DNA of 48,602 bases. Origin: an uncultured Rhodospirillales bacterium. Its GTDB lineage: Bacteria; Pseudomonadota; Alphaproteobacteria; UBA7985. The stretch lies in the NCBI GenBank assembly GCA_963978305.1, contig CAXBRM010000002.1, positions 1 through 48,602 on the forward strand. Reading direction: 5' to 3'. A program made the translations under genes and the position numbers. The notes beneath the pieces were generated by a model. The model had not been told where the DNA came from, did no database searches, and was given only the letters and a program-made list of their open reading frames with translations. Shown one piece after another: positions 29,095 through 39,423 of the stretch; the first letter of the stretch is position 1; each line of letters starts with the position of its first letter.

Positions 29095-31374
29095 GTGAAC
29101 AATAACCAGCCTAAAGATCCAATTACCAAACGTGACGCGCTGGCTTTTCATGCTGATGGCCGACCAGGCAAGCTAGAAATAACAGCAACTAAAGCCGTCG
29201 CAACCCAGCGCGACTTGTCGCTCGCCTACTCCCCTGGGGTTGCTTATCCTTGTTTGGAAATCAGAGATGACCCTGACAGCTCTTATGACTACACTGCCAA
29301 AGCCAACACGGTTGCCGTCATCTCCAACGGAACCGCCGTCTTGGGATTAGGCAACCTTGGCGCTTTGGCAAGTAAACCTGTCATGGAGGGCAAGGCTGTC
29401 CTGTTTAAGCGCTTTGCCGATATTGATGGCGTTGATATCGAAGTTGATACCGAAAATGTTGATGAGTTCGTTAGGGCCGTCGAGCTCATCGCCCCAAGTT
29501 TTGGTGGCATTAATCTCGAGGATATCAAAGCGCCGGAAAGCTTCATTATTGAGGAACAACTCAAAGAGCGTTGCAATATCCCAGTGATGCATGACGATCA
29601 GCATGGGACGGCAATTATTGCAGCGGCAGGCCTGCTAAATAGTTTGCAGTTAATCGACAAAAACCTCGACAGCGTTAAACTGGTGGTCAATGGTGCCGGC
29701 GCGGCTGCATTATCCAGCGTCAATTTGCTCAAATCTATGGGCATGCCAGGTGAAAACATCATCATGGCTGACAGCAAAGGCGTGATCTATCGCGGTCGTC
29801 AGGAGGGCATGAACCAATGGAAAACTGCGGTCGCGGTCGACACGAAGCTTCGGACACTTGAGGAAGCAATGGTCGGTGCTGACGTCTTCTTTGGGTTATC
29901 TGTCAAGGGCGCCGTGACGCCTAAAATGGTGGAAAGCATGGCCATAAACCCGGTCATTTTCGCCATGGCCAACCCAGATCCGGAAATTACACCAGAGGCG
30001 GTAAAGGCGGTTCGCGACGATGCGATCATGGCCACAGGCCGCAGTGATTACCCCAACCAAGTCAACAATGTTTTGGGTTTTCCTTATATTTTCCGAGGGG
30101 CGCTGGATGTTCGCGCAAGCGCAATTAACGACGATATGAAAATTGCGGCGGCGCATGCCCTCGCTGACCTTGCACGCGCAGAAGTTCCCGCAGAAGTTGG
30201 CAAAGCTTACGGGCGTCAGCTGACGTTTGGGCGCGATTACATTATTCCTGCGCCCTTTGACCCAAGACTGGTTTCTGCCGTACCGCTGGCAGTCGCAAAA
30301 GCGGCAATGGCCTCAGGTGTTGCTCGGAAACCGATTGATGACTTGGTCGCTTATGAGGGTGAGCTAAGAGGGCGTTTAGATCCCTCTTATGCAAACGTCC
30401 AGCGTCTGTATCAACGCATCGAGAATAAAGACTACCGTTATGTGTTCGCCGAAGGCGAGGACGAACGGGCGATCCGCGCCGCTGTTGAAATTCGGACAAG
30501 CAACCTTGGCCATCCGATTTTAGTGGGCAAGCGCGAAGTGATTGAAGCCCAACTCGACGCGATGGGTCTCAGCGATGAAAAACTGGATATCCGGAGCGCA
30601 AAAGCGAGCCAGGATGTAAACGCCCGGTATGCCGAACAGTTATATCGACGTCAGCAGCGCCGCGGCATGTTGATGCGTGACGCCAATCGCAGCGTCAACC
30701 AAAACAGAAACATTTACGCTGCGAGCCTGCTGACGAATGGTCAAGCAGACACTCTGATCACGGGCTTAACCCGATCTTTTGCCAGCTGCTTGAGCGATTT
30801 GCGCCAGGTCGTTGACTTGCGCCAGGACGAACGGTTGATGACATATAGCTGGCTGTCACGGCGTGGAGAAAGTTTGCTTGTTGCCGACACCAGCGTTCAT
30901 GAAGATCCAAGCGCCGAGCAACTGGCAACCATCGCCAAACAAACCGCGGCAACCGCCCGCCGTTTAGGTGCAGAGCCGCGTGTTGCTTTCGCGAGCTATT
31001 CAACATTTGGCCAGCCGATGTCCCGTGACGGCAAAAAAATTCAAGACGCGATTGCTTTGCTGGACCAAGAACAGTGCGATTTTGAGTATGATGGCGAAAT
31101 GGCTGTCAATGTGGCTTTAAGTAAAGACTTAATGCAATCAATGTATCCATTCAGTCGGTTAAGCGACGCCGCAAATGTTCTGATTATGCCTAATTTGGCA
31201 GCCGCCAATATTGGGTATAAGCTTTTGGCGCAATACGCCGATGGGATGCTGATTTCCCCAGTCCTACAGGGTTTTGAAAAACCATGTCAGATCGTGTCTT
31301 TATCGGCGACTGTGCAGGATGTCGTGAACAGTGCGGTGATCGCCGCAATCCAGGCCGAACTCCGTCTTCGCTAA
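29095..31374 (+). CDS. maeB: NADP-dependent malic enzyme with C-terminal phosphotransacetylase-like domain
   Basis: ATQRDLSLAYSPGVAYPCLEI, NGAGAAA and a PTA-like C-terminal half. I prefer the GTG at 29095 (AGGA upstream) over the TTG at 29032, by alignment logic with MaeB N-termini. Confidence 0.92.
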   Translation: MNNNQPKDPITKRDALAFHADGRPGKLEITATKAVATQRDLSLAYSPGVAYPCLEIRDDPDSSYDYTAKANTVAVISNGTAVLGLGNLGALASKPVMEGKAVLFKRFADIDGVDIEVDTENVDEFVRAVELIAPSFGGINLEDIKAPESFIIEEQLKERCNIPVMHDDQHGTAIIAAAGLLNSLQLIDKNLDSVKLVVNGAGAAALSSVNLLKSMGMPGENIIMADSKGVIYRGRQEGMNQWKTAVAVDTKLRTLEEAMVGADVFFGLSVKGAVTPKMVESMAINPVIFAMANPDPEITPEAVKAVRDDAIMATGRSDYPNQVNNVLGFPYIFRGALDVRASAINDDMKIAAAHALADLARAEVPAEVGKAYGRQLTFGRDYIIPAPFDPRLVSAVPLAVAKAAMASGVARKPIDDLVAYEGELRGRLDPSYANVQRLYQRIENKDYRYVFAEGEDERAIRAAVEIRTSNLGHPILVGKREVIEAQLDAMGLSDEKLDIRSAKASQDVNARYAEQLYRRQQRRGMLMRDANRSVNQNRNIYAASLLTNGQADTLITGLTRSFASCLSDLRQVVDLRQDERLMTYSWLSRRGESLLVADTSVHEDPSAEQLATIAKQTAATARRLGAEPRVAFASYSTFGQPMSRDGKKIQDAIALLDQEQCDFEYDGEMAVNVALSKDLMQSMYPFSRLSDAANVLIMPNLAAANIGYKLLAQYADGMLISPVLQGFEKPCQIVSLSATVQDVVNSAVIAAIQAELRLR

Positions 31375-31514
31375 CCTGTTTCGGATAAGCATATTAAAAA
31401 AGCCCGTGTAGCGATTGCAGGACGCCATCGAAAGCGCTATTATGCGTTAAATCTTGGCGGGCAAAGTTTGTCCTATGGGCGCTTGGGCGTCTCTAACCGG
31501 AGGGTCAGTGGAAA

Positions 31515-32066
31515 ATGTTTACAAAACGCAACCCAGACAGCGAAATCGGAATATCAGGTGAAACCAATACTGATGTGACGCCAGCTCCCGACAAGACGGC
31601 GCCAAGACCGACAACAAGACCCGCTGCCGTTGCTCCCTCAACATCCGTGCCAGCACCGCGTCCAACCAGCGCGACGCAACCCGCAACAACGGCCGCGCCA
31701 CGGACGACTGTTTCACGGACAGCCGAGCCGACAGAAACCGGCAAGCTTCATGTGGGTCGAGAAATCAAGCTCAAAGGTGAAATCGGGGTCTGTGAACGTT
31801 TAATCGTTGAAGGTAGTGTCGACGCATCTTTGATGGAATGCCGTAGTATGGAGGTTGCGCCCGGTGGTTTCTTTACGGGTCAAGCCCAGGTAGATACGGC
31901 TGAAATCAGTGGTCACTTTGAAGGTGATTTGACGGTCGAAGGACTTCTGACCGTAACCTCAACAGGTCGACTATCGGGCACCATCAAGTTTGGCGAACTA
32001 CAAGTCGAACGCGGCGGAACAATTTCTGGCAGCATCGATATTGCGGGCTCTACGACAAAAAGATGA
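31515..32066 (+). CDS. bactofilin family cytoskeletal protein with Pro/Thr/Ala-rich N-terminal tail
   Basis: Beta-helical repeat region GEIGVCERLIVEGSVDASL...GHFEGDLTVEGLLTVTSTGRLSGTIKFGELQVERGGTISGSI. Confidence 0.85.
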   Translation: MFTKRNPDSEIGISGETNTDVTPAPDKTAPRPTTRPAAVAPSTSVPAPRPTSATQPATTAAPRTTVSRTAEPTETGKLHVGREIKLKGEIGVCERLIVEGSVDASLMECRSMEVAPGGFFTGQAQVDTAEISGHFEGDLTVEGLLTVTSTGRLSGTIKFGELQVERGGTISGSIDIAGSTTKR

Positions 32067-32083
32067 CGCATTGATCAAAAGGG

Positions 32084-32530
32084 TCAAATACCAGCGGCTT
32101 CGCGCTCCAGGAAAACATGACCACAGTCCTGGCTCGCCACAATACCAGTCAGCAGTCCAAAGTTCTGTGACGGACTAAGGTCTAAGCCAACCATTTCCCA
32201 GCCCTCTGGTTGGTTGATCCATACCTCTGGCGTCAATGATAGCCGCTGCTCATCACCGCGCCACTGGCCAACCATTGTAAACTGACCCGATTGGGTTGGG
32301 TTTTCAGGCAGCGGATAAAAATCAAACAGGGCAGAAACGTTGTCACCAATTGCGCTTGAAGAGCGAACCGTCAGAGTCAATCCGGTTAAGCCCTGGCTGC
32401 AAAGATAATGCCCACGCCACTCGCCAAAAGGACCAGCAATTGTCGCTTGACTGTCAACACCGCGCGCCAGGGCCGGACCGACCAGGCTGGCCAACAAAAA
32501 CAGTAACATGATGGCTCTAATCATTGTCAT
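32084..32530 (-). CDS. hypothetical secreted protein, no family recognised
   Basis: Signal peptide MTMIRAIMLLFLLASLVGPALA followed by a soluble domain of about 125 aa with two Cys residues. Start chosen at the internal ATG at 32530. Confidence 0.55.
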   Translation of the reverse strand: MTMIRAIMLLFLLASLVGPALARGVDSQATIAGPFGEWRGHYLCSQGLTGLTLTVRSSSAIGDNVSALFDFYPLPENPTQSGQFTMVGQWRGDEQRLSLTPEVWINQPEGWEMVGLDLSPSQNFGLLTGIVASQDCGHVFLEREAAGI

Positions 32531-32584
32531 GTGGTTTCTGATCCCCAATATCTGGCTCTTATGACATAGCGAGACAAAAACACG

Positions 32585-34492
32585 ATGCAAGACACGAAGA
32601 CAGCAAATCGTCGGCATGAAGACATTTCCAACATCGGTTCACGGCAGCCGTTGACGATCATCGAGCGATTGACACTGCCGCTCAAGCTGTTCTCGCCCAG
32701 CCGCCCGCCATCAACATTGAGAAGCTTTATTTGGCATTTTGTCCGCCAGCACAAAGGCGCTTTTGTGCTTATGATTGTCTTCAAAGTTTTTGAGGCGGCC
32801 GCCGACTTGGTGATGCCGCTGACTATAGGAATTATCGCCAGCGTTTTGACAGCAGAAGGCGATCGCATGGTCCTGCTTCAGCAACAATTGCCGTTTTTAA
32901 TCGCCATGGGCTGTTTTTTCTTGCTGGTACGGCCAGTTATTTACATCACCAAAACCGCCATTCACGATTTGGGCATTATGCCGGGATTTACTGGCATGAT
33001 CCGGTGGCAGAGCCACCATCATGTGCTGGGGCTTGATGTAGCGTTTTTCAACAATGAATTCGCCGGCCGCATCGCCAACCGTATTATGCAAACCGGTTTC
33101 AGCCTCCGCGAATTTTGCATTCAAATCGTCGATGTTCTTCTTTATGTCAGTTTCTATCTGGTCGGCGCTTTAGTCATTTTGCTGTTGCAAAATCCATTCT
33201 TGGTTATCCCAGCGCTGATTTGGCTCAGCACATACGTTTTCATTACCGTGTGGTTTATGCCGGAGATCCGGCGGCGCAGCAAACTGCATTCAGAGTTACG
33301 CAGCGAAGTCACCGGCAAAATCGTCGATAGCTACACAAATGTACAAACCGTCAAGCTATTCGCTGGCAAAGGCCAGGAAGATCATAACGTCGCCGATGCC
33401 ATAGATCGCATGAATTTCGGCTGGGTTCGAGTGATGCGAACAGCGACACGCATGCTTGTCGTCATGACTTTTGCCAACGGCTTCCTCTTGACCGCAACGG
33501 GTGGCTTGGCTGTTTGGGCCTGGGTCACAACTGACGCAACCATTGGCATCGTGGCAACCGCCCTGCCACTCGTTTATTCATTGACCATGCAAGCAGGGTG
33601 GTTCATCTGGCAACTAAGCGGCGTCTTTGAACATATGGGCACCATCGCTGAAGGCAGTCAAAGCATCGCCGTTGACCATGGGATTGTCGATGTGCCGAGT
33701 GCCACCAAGCTTGAGGTTACAAACGGCGCCATCCGCTTTAACAAATTGCAATTCAACTACGGCAAAGCGTTAAGCACTGAAAAGTCAGCGGTTTTTGATG
33801 GCCTCAGCCTGGAGATCCAGCCTGGCGAAAAAGTTGGCTTGGTCGGCCAAAGTGGTGCCGACAAAAGCAGCCTGGTCAACTTACTGTTGCGGTTCTACGA
33901 TCTTGAGGGCGGCCGAATCAGCATCGACGATCAAGACATCTCGCAGGTGAGCCAGGACAGTCTACGACGGCAGATTGCGATGGTCACTCAGGACACCAGC
34001 CTGCTGCACCGAAGCATTCGCGACAATATTCTGTACGGACGTCCGGACGCGACGGATGCGCAAATGTGGCAGGCCGTCTGCCAAGCACAGGCGGACGAAT
34101 TCATCGATGATCTAGAGGATCACCTGGGCCGCAAGGGGCTCGACGCCCACGTTGGTGAACGCGGAGTCAAGCTTAGTGGTGGCCAGCGGCAACGGATTGC
34201 GCTGGCGCGCGTCATCTTAAAGAACGCCCCAATTTTGATTCTTGATGAAGCAACAAGTGCACTGGACAGCGAAATCGAAGAAGCCATCCAAAAACAAATG
34301 CTTGAGCTGATGGACGGCAAGACTGTCATTGCAATCGCGCACAGACTGAGCACCATCGCCAAGTTGGATCGGCTGATCGTGATGCATCAAGGCGCAATCG
34401 TCGAGAACGGCACGCATGACGAATTACTGGCCGCCGATGGCCACTACGCCCGACTATGGACTCTGCAAAGCGGTGGGTTTGTCAAAGCCTAA
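32585..34492 (+). CDS. ABC exporter, fused permease/ATPase (MsbA-like type I exporter) with atypical Walker A
   Basis: Six-TM domain followed by an NBD with Q-loop MVTQD, LSGGQRQRIALAR, ILILDEATSALD and IAHRLST. Walker A reads GQSGADKS instead of GQSGAGKS. Confidence 0.85.
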   Translation: MQDTKTANRRHEDISNIGSRQPLTIIERLTLPLKLFSPSRPPSTLRSFIWHFVRQHKGAFVLMIVFKVFEAAADLVMPLTIGIIASVLTAEGDRMVLLQQQLPFLIAMGCFFLLVRPVIYITKTAIHDLGIMPGFTGMIRWQSHHHVLGLDVAFFNNEFAGRIANRIMQTGFSLREFCIQIVDVLLYVSFYLVGALVILLLQNPFLVIPALIWLSTYVFITVWFMPEIRRRSKLHSELRSEVTGKIVDSYTNVQTVKLFAGKGQEDHNVADAIDRMNFGWVRVMRTATRMLVVMTFANGFLLTATGGLAVWAWVTTDATIGIVATALPLVYSLTMQAGWFIWQLSGVFEHMGTIAEGSQSIAVDHGIVDVPSATKLEVTNGAIRFNKLQFNYGKALSTEKSAVFDGLSLEIQPGEKVGLVGQSGADKSSLVNLLLRFYDLEGGRISIDDQDISQVSQDSLRRQIAMVTQDTSLLHRSIRDNILYGRPDATDAQMWQAVCQAQADEFIDDLEDHLGRKGLDAHVGERGVKLSGGQRQRIALARVILKNAPILILDEATSALDSEIEEAIQKQMLELMDGKTVIAIAHRLSTIAKLDRLIVMHQGAIVENGTHDELLAADGHYARLWTLQSGGFVKA

Positions 34493-34519
34493 TATTTATG
34501 GCAAGGCGGCTCATGATGG

Positions 34520-36223
34520 ATGAACAACGGTAGTATCGTTGCAATGCGAGCAGATTTTGTCATTGTTGGCTCTGGATCGGCAGGCTCTACCATGGCCTAT
34601 CGACTATCTGAATCTGGCCAGCACAGTGTGTTGCTGTTGGAATTTGGGGGCTCAGACGCCGGTCCCTTGATCCAAATGCCTGGTGCTTTGAGCTTCCCAA
34701 TGAACATGCCGCGTTACGACTGGGGCTACAAAAGTGAGCCAGAACCCCACCTAGGCGGACGCCAGCTGGTCACCCCGAGGGGCAAAGTGATTGGTGGCAG
34801 CAGCAGCATCAACGGAATGGTCTACGTCCGTGGCCATGCCAAAGATTATGATCATTGGGCCGACCTCGGCGCAAAAGGCTGGAATTACGCGAGCGTGCTC
34901 CCCTATTTCAAACGCATGGAAAACTGGCACGCTGGCGGGCCCTTTCCCGATGCTGGCCTCGGCGACCCAGACTGGCGCGGTACCAACGGCCCCCTGCACA
35001 TTTCCCGTGGCAAGAGGAATATTCCACTGCACCAGGCTTTCGTGACCGCCGGTAGCCAAGCCGGGTTTGAACTTACCGATGACTATAACGGTCAAAAGCA
35101 AGAGGGCTTCGGTCCTATGGAACAAACCGTCCACAATGGCCAACGCTGGAGCACGGCGAACGCCTACCTCAAACCCGCGCTCAAACGTCCAAACATTGAT
35201 CTTGTCCGATGCATGGCACGCCGCGTGCTGTTTGACGACACCAAACGCGCAATTGGTGTTGAGGTCGAACGAGGCGGTCGAATTGAAACAATTCATGCGG
35301 ACCGTGAAGTAATTCTCGCCGCTAGCTCAATCAACAGCCCCAAAGTTCTCATGCTCAGCGGCGTCGGGCCCGCCAAACATTTGGCTGAACACGGCATTGA
35401 GGTGATTGCCGATCGCGCTGGCGTCGGCCAAAATCTGCAAGATCATCTGGAATTGTACATTCAACAAGCCTGTTTACAGCCAATCACATTGTTCAAATAC
35501 TGGAACTTACCCGGTAAAGCCTGGGTCGGATTGCAATGGATGCTAACCCGCAGCGGCCCAGGGGCAAGCAATCAATTTGAGAGCGCTGCCTTTATTCGAT
35601 CAAAAGCCGGCGTCGAGTACCCAGATATCCAGTATCACTTCCTACCAATTGCGGTTCGCTACGACGGGCAGGCTGCCAGTGAAGGCCACGGCTTCCAAGC
35701 ACATGTCGGCCCAATGCGCTCACGGTCCCGGGGACAGATTACGCTGAGAAGCCGTGAACCAAATGAGGATCCACGGATTCAATTCAATTACATGAGCCAC
35801 GAGCAAGACTGGATCGATTTCCGCCATTGCATTCGGATCACGCGAGAAATTTTTGCTCAAAAAGCGTTCGACCCCTTCAGAGGAAAAGAAATTCAACCTG
35901 GCGCTCATCTACAAAGCGACAACGAACTCGACAGCTTTATTCGAGACCACGTTGAAAGCGCTTACCATCCTTGTGGCAGCTGTAAAATGGGCGCCCTTGA
36001 TGATCCAAGTGCCGTCGTCGATCCGACATGCCGTGTGATCGGCGTTGCTGGGCTCAGAGTCGCCGACAGTTCGATTTTTCCACGCATTCCCAATGGCAAT
36101 TTGAATGGGCCGAGCATCATGACAGGCGAAAAAGCAAGCGACCATATTTTAGGGGAAACACCCTTGCCGCCAAGCAATGCCGAACCCTGGATCAACCCCA
36201 GATGGCAGACCAGTGATCGCTAA
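34520..36223 (+). CDS. betA: choline dehydrogenase (GMC oxidoreductase)
   Basis: [52 protein letters not shown]. Close to E. coli BetA along its length, from memory. Confidence 0.85.
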   Translation: MNNGSIVAMRADFVIVGSGSAGSTMAYRLSESGQHSVLLLEFGGSDAGPLIQMPGALSFPMNMPRYDWGYKSEPEPHLGGRQLVTPRGKVIGGSSSINGMVYVRGHAKDYDHWADLGAKGWNYASVLPYFKRMENWHAGGPFPDAGLGDPDWRGTNGPLHISRGKRNIPLHQAFVTAGSQAGFELTDDYNGQKQEGFGPMEQTVHNGQRWSTANAYLKPALKRPNIDLVRCMARRVLFDDTKRAIGVEVERGGRIETIHADREVILAASSINSPKVLMLSGVGPAKHLAEHGIEVIADRAGVGQNLQDHLELYIQQACLQPITLFKYWNLPGKAWVGLQWMLTRSGPGASNQFESAAFIRSKAGVEYPDIQYHFLPIAVRYDGQAASEGHGFQAHVGPMRSRSRGQITLRSREPNEDPRIQFNYMSHEQDWIDFRHCIRITREIFAQKAFDPFRGKEIQPGAHLQSDNELDSFIRDHVESAYHPCGSCKMGALDDPSAVVDPTCRVIGVAGLRVADSSIFPRIPNGNLNGPSIMTGEKASDHILGETPLPPSNAEPWINPRWQTSDR

Positions 36224-36322
36224 CGCACTGCTGGGTATCGCAAAGCCGTGAAGCATTTTGTCTCGCCGTTGTGCTAAGTTGCTGATCTTAAGTTTCGCTA
36301 TCCAACAGGAGCATTGAGCCAT

Positions 36323-37105
36323 ATGACGGTTCATTTTATCGGCGCTGGCCCTGGTGCGCCCGACCTTTTAACGTTGAGAGGCAGAGATCTTATCGCTAAG
36401 TGTCGCGTCTGCTTGTATGCAGGTAGCCTGGTGCCAGACGGGGTTCTTAGCCACTGTCCGGTAGACGCCACGAAGGTGGATACGGCGCCCATGCACTTGG
36501 ATCAGATCATCGAACTGATGGTCGAACATCACGCAAATGGCTTCGATATTGCGCGCGTGCATAGCGGTGACCCCAGCTTATACGGTGCGATTGCTGAACA
36601 AATGCGCCGCCTAGACGCCCTGGGTATCGACTATAATATTTGTCCAGGCGTACCAGCCTATGCCGCCGCCGCCGCCGAACTCAAAACCGAACTTACACTG
36701 CCAAACGTCAGCCAAAGCGTTGTTCTCACCCGCACCGCCATGCAATCCACAGCGATGCCCAACAATGAGGACTTGGATACCTTCGGAAAGAGCGGCGCCA
36801 CGCTAGCGATCCATCTGAGCATCCGCAACTTACCACACATCCAACAGCAATTGATTCCTCACTATGGCAAAGATTGCCCAGTGGTGGTGGCTTATCGGGT
36901 TGGCTGGCCTGATAGCGCTTATATCTTTGGCACGCTTGGCTCAATTCGCGAAAAAGTGCGCGAATCCAAAGTAACTCGGACAGCACTGATATTTGTCGGC
37001 CACGTGTTGGCACCAAAAGATTTTGACGACAGTGCCCTCTATCATGAAGATCACGTTCATATCCTGCGCAACAAAGGTAAAAAATCAAAAACTACAGAAA
37101 CCTAG
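36323..37105 (+). CDS. cobM: precorrin-4 C11-methyltransferase
   Basis: VHFIGAGPGAPDLLTLRG, YAGSLVP, HSGDPSLYGAIAEQ, PGVPAYAAAAAEL and VSQSVVLTR. The ATG at 36323 has AGGAG 11 nt upstream. Confidence 0.85.
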   Translation: MTVHFIGAGPGAPDLLTLRGRDLIAKCRVCLYAGSLVPDGVLSHCPVDATKVDTAPMHLDQIIELMVEHHANGFDIARVHSGDPSLYGAIAEQMRRLDALGIDYNICPGVPAYAAAAAELKTELTLPNVSQSVVLTRTAMQSTAMPNNEDLDTFGKSGATLAIHLSIRNLPHIQQQLIPHYGKDCPVVVAYRVGWPDSAYIFGTLGSIREKVRESKVTRTALIFVGHVLAPKDFDDSALYHEDHVHILRNKGKKSKTTET

Positions 37106-37200
37106 AGTTTTGTGATACGTGTCTGGTTCAAATAAATTTTCTGACAACCCCTATCGTTTGCTTTTTTTCGCGCCATGTGATGTTATCTCGATAACCAAAT

Positions 37201-37257
37201 CCCACCCGACGATTGTGTTTCTGATAAGGAATGCACGGCAGTCGGTATAAATGTGGG
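37201..37257 (+). promoter_or_regulatory. imperfect rod-like hairpin in the folE 5' leader (candidate cis-regulatory RNA; alternatively promoter DNA)
   Basis: CCCAC-CCGAC...GTCGG-tataaat-GTGGG with an inner GTG(t)TTC/GAA(tg)CAC helix, ending 29 nt upstream of the folE ATG. Confidence 0.2.
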
Positions 37258-37286
37258 GGCCAAAAGCTTGAAAGGCTTACAGGACC

Positions 37287-37931
37287 ATGCCGAACGAAAT
37301 TATCCGCCTCGACCCTGTGGTCATTGACCGGCAACAGAACAGTAATGGGCGTTTGGCCCTTGAGGATCGCCCATCTCGAGATGAAGCTGAGGCAGCCATC
37401 CGAACCCTTTTGGAATATGTTGGCGAAGATTCAACGCGAGAAGGCCTGCTGGAAACCCCGGCACGTGTAATCAAGGCTTATGATGAATGGACCAGTGGCT
37501 ACGCTATTGATCCTGATGCCCTGCTCTCAAAAACATTTAGTGAGGTCGAAGGCTACCAGGACATGGTTTTGCTCAAAGACATCCCATTTAGCAGCCGCTG
37601 CGAACATCATTTGGCCCCGATCATCGGAAAAGCCCACGTCGCTTATCTGCCGGACGGCCGTGTCGTCGGCATCAGCAAACTTGCCAGAGTGGTAGAAGCC
37701 TATGCTAAACGCCTCCAAATCCAGGAACGACTGACACAGGATATTTTGGGTAGTTTGACCCGCGCACTGAAGCCCGCTGGAGTGGCTGTGGTGATTGAAG
37801 CCGAACATCATTGCATGACAACGCGTGGGGTTTGTACACACGGCACTGTGATGACAACGAAACGATTTACTGGTCAATTCGAAACAGATCCTTGTCTGCG
37901 CGACGATTTCTTCCGTTCTATCCAACGATAG
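37287..37931 (+). CDS. folE: GTP cyclohydrolase I (FolE type 1)
   Basis: Motifs [34 protein letters not shown] and [12 protein letters not shown]. Confidence 0.95.
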   Translation: MPNEIIRLDPVVIDRQQNSNGRLALEDRPSRDEAEAAIRTLLEYVGEDSTREGLLETPARVIKAYDEWTSGYAIDPDALLSKTFSEVEGYQDMVLLKDIPFSSRCEHHLAPIIGKAHVAYLPDGRVVGISKLARVVEAYAKRLQIQERLTQDILGSLTRALKPAGVAVVIEAEHHCMTTRGVCTHGTVMTTKRFTGQFETDPCLRDDFFRSIQR

Positions 37932-37974
37932 GCTACCATTAGGCTCCGTCAAATCGCTCGGAGACTTCTGATCC

Positions 37975-39423
37975 ATGGACTTGCGTCCAATTGCATTTGT
38001 GACCGGGGTGTTGTTGGTCATTTTGGCCATCACCATGCTTGTGCCTGCTGCCTTCGAGCTTTTCAGTGGTGCGTCAACCTGGCGTGCTTTCCTCATCAGC
38101 GCCGGCTTTACCGCTTTTATTGGGAGTGCCATGGCGGTGTCGACCCAAGCCAAGCATGAGCATTTGACCGTTCGTCAGGCCTTTGTCATGACCACCGCGA
38201 TTTGGCTATCGATCGCCCTGTTTGGTACTCTGCCCTTCTTGCTGGCAATCGAGGACATAAGTCTAGCAAGCGCCTTTTTTGAAAGCATGAGTGGGATTAC
38301 AACCACCGGTTCAACGATTTTAACCGGCCTTGATACCACCGCCCCGGGAATATTGGTTTGGCGAAGCCTACTGCAGTGGCTTGGCGGTGTTGGTATTATT
38401 GTTATGGCGTTGAGCATTTTGCCGATGCTGGGCGTGGGTGGCATGCAGCTGTTTCGAAGCGAAGCCTTTGAACAAAGTGAAAAGCTCTTGCCACGGGCGA
38501 CAGAAATCGCTTTTTCGCTCCTACAAATTTACAGTGCAATGACGGCCGTAACGTTCTTTGCGCTGCTATTCTCGGGCATGCCAGCCTTTGACGCTTTTGT
38601 TCATGCGCTGACAAGCATTTCGACTGGTGGATTTAGCAGCAAGGATGCGAGTTTCAGCCATGCCGCGTTCAGCGGTATTGGCATTCAACTAACGATCATT
38701 CTTGCCATGATTGCTGGGAGCCTGCCGTTTATGCTTTATCTGAAAAGCGTTCGGGGCAGTTGGCGTGGCTGGTTGAGTGAACCGCAAATCCCAACCTTTT
38801 TTGGCATCCTTGCCCTCGTCATTGCTGTGATCGCCCTATGGCAGTGGCAAGCGGGCACCAGCATGGGGGAATCCTTTCTTTTGACCAGTTTCAATGTGGT
38901 CAGCATTATGACTGGGACGGGCTATACCAGCACTGACTTTGGCGCCTGGGGCGCCTATGCCAACGCAACTTTTCTGCTATTGATGTTTTTAGGCGGCTGC
39001 GCTGGCTCGACGACATGTGGCATTAAAATCTTCCGCTTCCAAGTGCTACTCTCCACCAGTCTCGCGCAAATTCGTCGCTTGGCATCACCGCGATCTGTGG
39101 TTGTTGCTCACTACGGGCGTAAGACAATTACCGACGACATTGCTGAGTCAGTTCAGGTTTTTTTCTACCTGTTTATCTTAAGCTTCGCCGGGCTGGCGCT
39201 AGCCTTGGGTTTCTGTGGCCTTGATTTTATCACTGCAATCAGCGCCGCAGCCACGGCGATCACAAATGTCGGCCCGGGTTTAGGTGACATCGTCGGGCCA
39301 TCAGGCACATTTGCATCCCTACCCGATACAGCAAAATGGCTCATGTCGGCTGGCATGTTATTAGGCCGATTAGAGCTATTTACAATTTTTGCGTTGTTTG
39401 TGCCTGCACTTTGGCGCAACTAG
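37975..39423 (+). CDS. trkH: Trk-type potassium uptake protein TrkH
   Basis: Polytopic membrane protein of 482 aa with repeated pore-loop motifs (TTTGSTI, STGGFS, MTGTGYT, CGIKIFR). Confidence 0.9.
   Translation: MDLRPIAFVTGVLLVILAITMLVPAAFELFSGASTWRAFLISAGFTAFIGSAMAVSTQAKHEHLTVRQAFVMTTAIWLSIALFGTLPFLLAIEDISLASAFFESMSGITTTGSTILTGLDTTAPGILVWRSLLQWLGGVGIIVMALSILPMLGVGGMQLFRSEAFEQSEKLLPRATEIAFSLLQIYSAMTAVTFFALLFSGMPAFDAFVHALTSISTGGFSSKDASFSHAAFSGIGIQLTIILAMIAGSLPFMLYLKSVRGSWRGWLSEPQIPTFFGILALVIAVIALWQWQAGTSMGESFLLTSFNVVSIMTGTGYTSTDFGAWGAYANATFLLLMFLGGCAGSTTCGIKIFRFQVLLSTSLAQIRRLASPRSVVVAHYGRKTITDDIAESVQVFFYLFILSFAGLALALGFCGLDFITAISAAATAITNVGPGLGDIVGPSGTFASLPDTAKWLMSAGMLLGRLELFTIFALFVPALWRN

Noticed and set aside
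36224-36322. A possible cobalamin riboswitch upstream of cobM.
   Set aside because: The spacer is under 100 nt, far shorter than a cobalamin riboswitch, and I saw no B12-box-like sequence.
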